NCBI RefSeq assembly: GCF_964355755.1
Contig: NC_092680.1
Coordinates: 11,656,001-11,720,000, forward strand
Length of the DNA stretch: 64,000 nucleotides
Source of the DNA: Antedon mediterranea
Taxonomy: Eukaryota; Animalia; Echinodermata
Reading direction: 5' to 3'
In this document: positions 53,901 through 64,000 of the stretch, in pieces
Layout: each line of letters opens with the position of its first letter
Position numbering within the stretch: position 1 is the stretch's first letter
Translations under genes and position numbers: made by a program
Notes under the pieces: generated by a model
Database searches by the model: none
What the model saw: only the letters and a program-made list of their open reading frames with translations
What the model was told of the DNA's origin: nothing

Positions 53901-56900
53901 CACAAAATGGTCTAAAACGTCTCCAAATGCGATTTGAGGATATTCTGAGCACTTTGGTGTTTTTTTGTTAAAAAGTTTTTTCGAAAATCACAAAATGGTC
54001 TAAAACGTCTCCAAATGCGATTTGAAGCTATTCTGTACACTTTGATGTTTTGTGTGAAAAAGTTTTGTCGAAATGCTCAAAATGGTCTAAAACATTTTTA
54101 AATACGATATTAAGCTATTTTGTGATCTTTGATGTTTTTGTGTGAAAAGTTTTATCGAAATGCTCAAAATGGTCTAAAACGGTTTCTATTGTGATTTTAA
54201 GCACTTTGATGATTTTGTGTAACCAAGTTTCATCGAAATGTACAAAATGGTCTAAAACGTCTCCAAATGCGATTTGAAGCTATTCTAAGTACTTTTGTGT
54301 TTTTATGTTAACAAGTTTTTTCGAAAATCACAAAATGGTCTAAAACGTCTTCAAATGCGATTTGAAGCTATTCTGTACACTTTGATGTTTTGTGTGAAAA
54401 AGTTTTGTCAAAATGCTCAAAATGGTCTAAAACGTTTTTAAAACGATAATAAGCTATTTTGTGCTCTTTGATGTTTTTGTGTAACCAAGTTTCATCGAAA
54501 ATCACAACATGGTCTAAAACGTCTCCAAATGCGATTTGAAGCTTTTCTAAGCACTTTGGTGTTTTTATGTTAACAAGTTTTTTCGAAAATCACAAAATGG
54601 TCTAAAACGTCTCCAAATGCGATTTGAAGCTCTTCTGTACACTTTGATGTTTTGTTTGAAAAAGTTTTGTCGAAATTTTCAAAATGGTCTAAAACGTTTT
54701 TAAATACGATATTAAGCTGTTTTGTGCACTTTGATGATTTGTGTGAAAAGTTTTAACGAAATGCTCAAAATGGTCTAAAACGGTTTCTAATGTGATTTTA
54801 AGCACTTTGATGTTTTTGTGTAACCAAGTTTTTTCGAAAATCACAAAATAGTCTAAAACGTCTCCAAATGCGATTTGAAGCTTTTCTAAGCACTTTGGTG
54901 TTTTTATGTTAACAAGTTTTTTCGAAAATCACAAAATGGTCCAAAACGTCTCCAAATGCGATTTGAGGATATTCTGAGCACTTTGGTGTTTTTTTGTTAA
55001 AAAGTTTTTTCGAAAATCACAAAATGGTCTAAAACGTCTCCAAATGCGATTTGAAGCTATTCTGTACACTTTGATGTTTTGTGTGAAAAAGTTTTGTCGA
55101 AATGCTCAAAATGGTCTAAAACGTTTTTAAATACGATATTAAGCTATTTTGTGATCTTTGATGTTTTTGTGTGAAAAGTTTTATCGAAATGCTCAAAATG
55201 GTCTAAAACGTTTTTAAAACGATATTAAGCTATTTTGTGCTCTTTGATGTTTTTGTGTAACCAAGTTTCATCGAAAATCACAAAATGGTCTAAAACGTCG
55301 CCAAATGCGATTTGAAGCTTTTCTAAGCACTTTGGTGTTTTTATGTTAACAAGTTTTTTCGAAAATCACGAAATGGTCTAAAATATCTCCAAATGCGATT
55401 TGAAGATATTCTGAGCACTTTGGTGTTTTTATGTTAAAAAGTTTTTTCGAAAATCACAAAATGGTCTAAAACGTCTCCAAACGCGATTTGAAGCTCTTCT
55501 GTACACTTTGATGTTTTGTGTGAAAAAGTTTTGTCGAAATTCTCAAAATGGTCTAAAACGTTTTTAAATACGATATTAAGCTGTTTTGTGCACTTTGATG
55601 ATTTGTGTGAAAAGTTTTAACGAAATGCTCAAAATGGTCAAAAACGGTTTCTAATGTGATTTTAAGCACTTTGATGTTTTTGTGTAACCAAGTTTTTTCA
55701 AAAATCACAAAATGGTCTAAAACGTCTCCAAATGCGATTTGAAGCTTTTCTAAGCACTTTGGTGTTTTTATGTTAACAAGTTTTTTCGAAAATCACAAAA
55801 TGGTCTAAAACGTCTCCAAATGCGATTTGAAGATATTCTGAGCACTTTGGTGTTTTTATGTTAACAAGTTTTTTCGAAAATCACAAAATGGTCTAAAACG
55901 TCTTCAAATGCGATTTGAAGCTATTCTGTACACTTTTATGTTTTGTGTGAAAAAGTTTTGTCGAAATTCTCAAAATGGTCTAAAACGTTTTTAAATACGA
56001 TATTAAGCTGTTTTGTGCACTTTGATGATTTGTGTGAAAAGTTTTAACGAAATGCTCAAAATGGTCTAAAACGGTTTCTAATGTGATTTTAAGCACTTTG
56101 ATGTTTTTGTGTAACCAAGTTTTTTCGAAAATCACAAAATAGTCTAAAACGTCTCCAAATGCGATTTGAAGCTTTTCTAAGCACTTTGGTGTTTTTATGT
56201 TAACAAGTTTTTTCGAAAATCACAAAATGGTCTAAAACGTCTCCAAATGCGATTTGAGGATATTCTGAGCAGTTTGGTGTTTTTTTGTTAAAAAGTTTTT
56301 TCGAAAATAACAAAATGGTTATAAAACGTCTCCAAATGCGATTTGAAGCTATTCTGTACACTTTGATGTTTTGTGTGAAAAAGTTTTGTCGAAATGCTCA
56401 AAATGGTCTAAAACGTTTTTAAATACGATATTAAGCTATTTTGTGATCTTTGATGTTTTTGTGTGAAAAGTTTTATCGAAATGCTCAAAATGGTCTAAAA
56501 CGGTTTCTATTGTGATTTTAAGCACTTTGATGATTTTGTGTAACCAAGTTTCATCGAAATGTACAAAATGGTCTAAAACGTCTCCAAATGCGATTTGAAG
56601 CTATTCTAAGTACTTTTGTGTTTTTATGTTAACAAGTTTTTTCGAAAATCACAAAATGGTCTAAAACGTCTTCAAATGCGATTTGAAGCTATTCTGTTCA
56701 CTTTGATGTTTTGTGTGAAAAAGTTTTGTCAAAATGCTCAAAATGGTCTAAAACGTTTTTAAAACGATATTAAGCTATTTTGTGCTCTTTGATGTTTTTG
56801 TGTAACCAAGTTTCAACGAAAATCACAAAATGGTCTAAAACGTCTCCAAATGCGATTTGAAGCTTTTCTAAGCACTTTGGTGTTTTTATGTTAACAAGTT

Positions 56901-59900
56901 TTTTCGAAAATCACAAAATGGTCTAAAACGTCTCCAAATGCGATTTGAAGCTCTTCTGTACACTTTGATGTTTTGTGTGAAAAAGTTTTGTCGAAATTCT
57001 CAAAATGGTCTAAAAGGTTTTTAAATACGATATTAAGCTGTTTTGTGCACTTTGATGATTTGTGTGAAAAGTTTTAACGAAATGCTCAAAATGGTCTAAA
57101 ACGGTTTCTAATGTGATTTTAAGCACTTTGATGTTTTTGTGTAACCAAGTTTTTTCGAAAATCACAAAATGGTCTAATACGTCTCCAAATGCGATTTGAA
57201 GCTTTTCCAAGCACTTTGCTGTTTTTATGTTAAGTTTTTTCGAAAATCACAAAATGGTCTAAAACGTCTTCAAATGCGATTTGAAGCTATTCTGTACACT
57301 TTGATGTTTTGTGTGAAAAAGTTTTGTCGAAATGCTCAAAATGGTCTAAAACGTTTTTAAATACGATATTAAGCTATTTTGTGATCTTTGATGTTTTTGT
57401 GTGAAAAGTTTTATCAAAATGCTCAAAATGGTCTGAAACGGTTTCTAATGCGATTTGAAGCTATTCTGTACACTTTGAAGTTTTGTGTGAAAAAGTTTTC
57501 TCGAAATGCTCAAAATGGTCTAAAACGTTTTTATATACCATATTAAGCTATTTTGTGCACTTTGATGTTTTTTTTGAAAAGTTTTATCGAAATGCTCAAA
57601 ATGGTCTAAAACGGTTTCTATTGGGATTTTAAGCACTTTGATGATTTTGTGTAACCAAGTTTCATCGAAATGTACAAAATGGTCTAAAACGTCTCCAAAT
57701 GCGATTTGAAGCTATTCTAAGTACTTTTGTGTTTTTATGTTAACAAGTTTTTTCGAAAATCACAAAATGGTCTAAAACGTCTTCAAATGCGATTTGAAGC
57801 TATTCTGTACACTTTGATGTTTTGTGTGAAAAAGTTTTGTCGAAATGCTCAAAATGGTCAAAAATGGTTTCTAATGTGATTTTAAGCACAAGCACTTTGG
57901 TGTTTTTATGTTAACAAGTTTTTTCGAAAATCACAAAATGGTCTAAAACGTCTCCAAATGCGATTTGAAGATATTCTGAGCACTTTGGTGTTTTTATGTT
58001 AAAAAGTTTTTTCGAAAATCACAAAATAGTCTAAAACGTCTCAAAATGCGATTTGAAGCTATTCTGTACACTTTGATGTTTTGTGTGAAAAAGTTTTGTC
58101 GAAATGCTCAAAATGGTCTAAAACGTTTTTAAAACGATATTAAGCTATTTTGTGCTCTTTGATGTTTTTGTGTAACCAAGTTTCATCGAAAATCACAAAA
58201 TGGTCTAAAACGTCTCCAAATGCGATTTGAAGCTTTTCTAAGCACTTTGGTGTTTTTATGTTAACAAGTTTTTTCGAAAACCACGAAATGGTCTAAAATG
58301 TCTCCAAATGCGATTTGAAGATATTCTGAGCACTTTGGTGTTTTTATGTTAAAACGTTTTTTCGAAAATCACAAAATGGTCTAAAACGTTTTTAAATACG
58401 ATATTAAGCTATTTTGTGATCTTTGATGTTTTTGTGTGAAAAGTTTTATCGAAATGCTCAAAATGGTCTAAAACGGTTTCTAATGCGATTTGAAGCTATT
58501 CTGTACACTTTGAAGTTTTTTGTGAAAAAGTTTTCTCGAAATGCTCAAAATGGTCTAAAACGTTTTTATATACCATATTAAGCTATTTTGTGCACTTTGA
58601 TGTTTTTTGTGAAAAGTTTTATCGAAATTCTCAAAATGGTCTAAAACGGTTTCTATTGTGATTTTAAGCACTTTGATGATTTTGTGTAACCAAGTTTCAT
58701 CGAAATGTACAAAATGGTCTAAAACGTCTCCAAATGCGATTTGAAGCTATTCTAAGTACTTTTGTGTTTTTATGTTAACAAGTTTTTTCGAAAATCACGA
58801 AATGGTCTAAAATGTCTCCAAATGCGATTTGAAGATATTCTGAGCACTTTGGTGTTTTTATGTTAAAAAGTTTTTTCGAAAATCACAAAATAGTCTAAAA
58901 CGTCTCCAAATGCGATTTGAAGCTATTCTGTACACTTTGATGTTTTGTGTGAAAAAGTTTTGTCGAAATGCTCAAAATGGTCTAAAACGTTTTTAAAACG
59001 ATATTAAGCTATTTTGTGCTCTTTGATGTTTTTGTGTAACCAAGTTTCATCGAAAATCACAAAATGGTCTAAAACGTCTCAAAATGCGATTTGAAGCTTT
59101 TCTAAGCACTTTGGTGTTTTTATGTTAACAAGTTTTTTCGAAAATCACGAAATGGTCTAAAATGTCTCCAAATGCGATTTGAAGATATTCTGAGCACTTT
59201 GGTGTTTTTATGTTAAAAAGTTTTTTCGAAAATCACAAAATGGTCTAAAACGTCTCCAAATGCGATTTGAAGCTCTTCTGTACACTTTGATGTTTTGTGT
59301 GAAAAAGTTTTGTCGAAATGCTCAAAATGGTCTAAAACGTTTTTAAATACGATATTAAGCTGTTTTGTGCACTTTGATGATTTGTGTGAAAAGTTTTAAC
59401 GAAATGCTCAAAATGGTCTAAAACGGTTTCTAATGTGATTTTAAGCACTTTGATGTTTTTGTGTAACCAAGTTTTTTCGAAAATCACAAAATAGTCTAAA
59501 ACGTCTCCAAATGCGATTTGAAGCTTTTCTAAGCACTTTGGTGTTTTTATGTTAACAAGTTTTTTCGAAAATCACAAAATGGTCTAAAACGTCTCCAAAT
59601 GCGATTTGAGGATATTCTGAGCACTTTGGTGTTTTTTCGTTAAAAAGTTTTTTCGAAAATCACAAAATGGTCTAAAACGTCTCCAAATGCGATTTGAAGC
59701 TATTCTGTACACTTTGATGTTTTGTGTGAAAAAGTTTTGTCGAAATGCTCAAAATGGTCTAAAACGTTTTGAAATACGATATTAAGCTATTTTGTGATCT
59801 TTGATGTTTTTGTGTGAAAAGTTTTATCGAAATGCTCAAAATGGTCTAAAACGGTTTCTATTGTGATTTTAAGCACTTTGATGATTTTGTGTAACCAAGT

Positions 59901-62900
59901 TTCATCGAAATGTACAAAATGGTCTAAAATGTCTCCAAATGCGATTTGAAGCTATTCTAAGTACTTTTGTGTTTTTATGTTAACAAGTTTTTTCGAAAAT
60001 CACAAAATGGTCTAAAACGTCTTCAAATGCGATTTGAAGCTATTCTGTACACTTTGATGTTTTGTGTGAAAAAGTTTTGTCAAAATGCTCAAAATGGTCT
60101 AAAACGTTTTTAAAACGATATTAAGCTATTTTGTGCTCTTTGATGTTTTTGTGTAACCAAGTTTCATCGAAAATCACAAAATGGTCTAAAACGTCTCCAA
60201 ATGCGATTTGAAGCTTTTCTAAGCACTTTGGTGTTTTTATGTTAACAAGTTTTTTCGAAAATCACAAAATGGTCTAAAACATCTCCAAATGCGATTTGAA
60301 GCTCTTCTGTACACTTTGATGTTTTGTGTGAAAAAGTTTTGTCGAAATTCTCAAAATGGTCTAAAACGTTTTTAAATACGATATTAGGCTATTTTGTGAT
60401 CTTTGATGTTTTTGTGTGAAAAGTTTTATCGAAATGCTCAAAATGGTCTAAAACGGTTTCTATTGTTATTTTAAGCACTTTGATGATTTTGTGTAACCAA
60501 GTTTCATCGAAATGTACAAAATGGTCTAAAACGTCTCCAAATGCGATTTGAAGCTATTCTAAGTACTTTTGTGTTTTTATGTTAACAAGTTTTTTCGAAA
60601 ATCACAAAATGGTCTAAAACGTCTTCAAATGCGATTTGAAGCTATTCTGTACACTTTGATGTTTTGTGTGAAAAAGTTTTGTCAAAATGCTCAAAATGGT
60701 CTAAAACGTTTTTAAAACGATATTAAGCTATTTTGTGCTCTTTGATGTTTTTGTGTAACCAAGTTTCAACGAAAATCACAAAATGGTCTAAAACGTCTCC
60801 AAATGCGATTTGAAGCTTTTCTAAGCACTTTGGTGTTTTTATGTTAACAAGTTTTTTCGAAAATCACAAAATGGTCTAAAACGTCTCCAAATGCGATTTG
60901 AAGCTCTTCTGTACACTTTGATGTTTTGTGTGAAAAAGTTTTGTCGAAATTCTCAAAATGGTCTAAAAGGTTTTTAAATACGATATTAAGCTGTTTTGTG
61001 CACTTTGATGATTTGTGTGAAAAGTTTTAACGAAATGCTCAAAATGGTCTAAAACGGTTTCTAATGTGATTTTAAGCACTTTGATGTTTTTGTGTAACCA
61101 AGTTTTTTCGAAAATCACAAAATGGTCTAATACGTCTCCAAATGCGATTTGAAGCTTTTCCAAGCACTTTGCTGTTTTTATGTTAAGTTTTTTCGAAAAT
61201 CACAAAATGGTCTAAAACGTCTTCAAATGCGATTTGAAGCTATTCTGTACACTTTGATGTTTTGTGTGAAAAAGTTTTGTCGAAATGCTCAAAATGGTCT
61301 AAAACGTTTTTAAATACGATATTAAGCTATTTTGTGATCTTTGATGTTTTTGTGTGAAAAGTTTTATCAAAATGCTCAAAATGGTCTGAAACGGTTTCTA
61401 ATGCGATTTGAAGCTATTCTGTACACTTTGAAGTTTTGTGTGAAAAAGTTTTCTCGAAATGCTCAAAATGGTCTAAAACGTTTTTATATACCATATTAAG
61501 CTATTTTGTGCACTTTGATGTTTTTTTTGAAAAGTTTTATCGAAATGCTCAAAATGGTCTAAAACGGTTTCTATTGGGATTTTAAGCACTTTGATGATTT
61601 TGTGTAACCAAGTTTCATCGAAATGTACAAAATGGTCTAAAACGTCTCCAAATGCGATTTGAAGCTATTCTAAGTACTTTTGTGTTTTTATGTTAACAAG
61701 TTTTTTCGAAAATCACAAAATGGTCTAAAACGTCTTCAAATGCGATTTGAAGCTATTCTGTACACTTTGATGTTTTGTGTGAAAAAGTTTTGTCGAAATG
61801 CTCAAAATGGTCAAAAACGGTTTCTAATGTGATTTTAAGCACTTTGATGTTTTTGTGTAACCAAGTTTTTTTAAAAATCACAAAATGGTCTAAAACGTCT
61901 CCAAATGCGATTTGAAGCTTTTCTAAGCACTTTGGTGTTTTTATGTTAACAAGTTTTTTCGAAAATCACAAAATGGTCTAAAACGTCTCCAAATGCGATT
62001 TGAAGATATTCTGAGCACTTTGGTGTTTTTATGTTAAAAAGTTTTTTCGAAAATCACAAAATAGTCTAAAACGTCTCAAAATGCGATTTGAAGCTATTCT
62101 GTACACTTTGATGTTTTGTGTGAAAAAGTTTTGTCGAAATGCTCAAAATGGTCTAAAACGTTTTTAAAACGATATTAAGCTATTTTGTGCTCTTTGATGT
62201 TTTTGTGTAACCAAGTTTCATCGAAAATCACAAAATGGTCTAAAACGTCTCCAAATGCGATTTGAAGCTTTTCTAAGCACTTTGGTGTTTTTATGTTAAC
62301 AAGTTTTTTCGAAAATCACGAAATGGTCTAAAATGTCTTCAAATGCGATTTGAAGATATTCTGAGCACTTTGGTGTTTTTATGTTAAAACGTTTTTTCGA
62401 AAATCACAAAATGGTCTAAAACGTTTTTAAATACGATATTAAGCTATTTTGTGATCTTTGATGTTTTTGTGTGAAAAGTTTTATCGAAATGCTCAAAATG
62501 GTCTAAAACGGTTTCTAATGCGATTTGAAGCTATTCTGTACACTTTGAAGTTTTTTGTGAAAAAGTTTTCTCGAAATGCTCAAAATGGTCTAAAACGTTT
62601 TTATATACCATATTAAGCTATTTTGTGCACTTTGATGTTTTTTGTGAAAAGTTTTATCGAAATTCTCAAAATGGTCTAAAACGGTTTCTATTGTGATTTT
62701 AAGCACTTTGATGATTTTGTGTAACCAAGTTTCATCGAAATGTACAAAATGGTCTAAAACGTCTCCAAATGCGATTTGAAGCTATTCTAAGTACTTTTGT
62801 GTTTTTATGTTAACAAGTTTTTTCGAAAATCACGAAATGGTCTAAAATGTCTCCAAATGCGATTTGAAGATATTCTGAGCACTTTGGTGTTTTTATGTTA

Positions 62901-64000
62901 AAAAGTTTTTTCGAAAATCACAAAATAGTCTAAAACGTCTCCAAATGCGATTTGAAGCTATTCTGTACACTTTGATGTTTTGTGTGAAAAAGTTTTGTCG
63001 AAATGCTCAAAATTGTCTAAAACGTTTTTAAAACGATATTAAGCTATTTTGTGCTCTTTGATGTTTTTGTGTAACCAAGTTTCATCGAAAATCACAAAAT
63101 GGTCTAAAACGTCTCAAAATGCGATTTGAAGCTTTTCTAAGCACTTTGGTGTTTTTATGTTAACAAGTTTTTTCGAAAATCACGAAATGGTCTAAAATGT
63201 CTCCAAATGCGATTTGAAGATATTCTGAGCACTTTGGTGTTTTTATGTTAAAAAGTTTTTTCGAAAATCACAAAATGGTCTAAAACGTCTCCAAATGCGA
63301 TTTGAAGCTCTTCTGTACACTTTGATGTTTTGTGTGAAAAAGTTTTGTCGAAATGCTCAAAATGGTCTAAAACGTTTTTAAATACGATATTAAGCTGTTT
63401 TGTGCACTTTGATGATTTGTGTGAAAAGTTTTAACGAAATGCTCAAAATGGTCTAAAACGGTTTCTAATGTGATTTTAAGCACTTTGATGTTTTTGTGTA
63501 ACCAAGTTTTTTCGAAAATCACAAAATAGTCTAAAACGTCTCCAAATGCGATTTGAAGCTTTTCTAAGCACTTTGGTGTTTTTATGTTAACAAGTTTTTT
63601 CGAAAATCACAAAATGGTCTAAAACGTCTCCAAATGCGATTTGAAGATATTCTGAGCACTTTGGTGTTTTTATGTTAAAAAGTTTTTTCGAAAATCACAA
63701 AATGGTCTAAAACGTCTCCAAATGCGATTTGAAGCTCTTCTGTACACTTTGATGTTTTGTGTGAAAAAGTTTTGTCGAAATGCTCAAAATGGTCTAAAAC
63801 GTTTTCAAATACGATATTAAGCTGTTTTGTGCACTTTGATGATTTGTGTGAAAAGTTTTAACGAAATCCTCAAAATGGTCTAAAACGGTTTCTAATGTGA
63901 TTTTAAGCACTTTGATGTTTTTGTGTAACCAAGTTTTATCGAAAATCACAAAATAGTCTAAAACGTCTCCAAATGCGATTTGAAGCTTTTCTAAGCACTT
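38927..64000 (+). repeat. Macro-repeat copy 2 (truncated by window end; lacks 1203, 6107 and 427 bp segments present in copy 1)
   Basis: The offset to copy 1 steps from 37645/37643 to 36440 (16981/53421, 20570/57010), then 30333 (29305/59638), then 29906 (31057/60963, 33101/63007). The window end matches 34094. Confidence 0.9.

Larger units (their letters stand above)
1..64000 (+). repeat. Tandem satellite DNA array, 78-88 bp monomers, variable higher-order organisation (putatively centromeric/pericentromeric)
   Basis: The core AAAATGGTCTAAAACG recurs every 78-88 bp across the window. Monomer starts at 1, 88, 174, 252, 340, 428, 515, 602, 689 give lengths 87, 86, 78, 88, 88, 87, 87, 87. I saw no inverted monomer and no non-satellite insertion. 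The centromeric label is inference only. Confidence 0.99.

Noticed and set aside
1-64000. CRISPR-like look: constant 17-bp core separated by variable 60-70 bp segments
   Set aside because: The intervening segments are homologous to each other and drawn from about 11 re-used types rather than being unique spacers. There is no leader and no cas gene.

Overview
The whole 64 kb window is one uninterrupted, head-to-tail, single-orientation AT-rich satellite array (about 30% GC, hand-counted on one monomer). It looks like eukaryotic centromeric or pericentromeric heterochromatin. I see no credible genes, RNA genes, transposons or CRISPR arrays, and I do not recognise the satellite family or organism. 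The monomer is 78-88 bp (roughly 745 monomers, estimated from mean length) with a near-invariant core CAAAATGGTCTAAAACG. About 11 recurrent monomer types, which I label A-K, are strung into variable higher-order repeats: ABCG 350 bp, ABCDE 427 bp, a 12-mer of 1029 bp, an 18-mer of 1553 bp and a 52-mer of about 4462 bp. Rare variants show a very recent macro-duplication of about 37.6 kb: 38927-64000 copies about 1282-34094, lacks 1203, 6107 and 427 bp segments, and differs by one short gene-conversion-like tract. All alignments were done by eye using rare marker variants.
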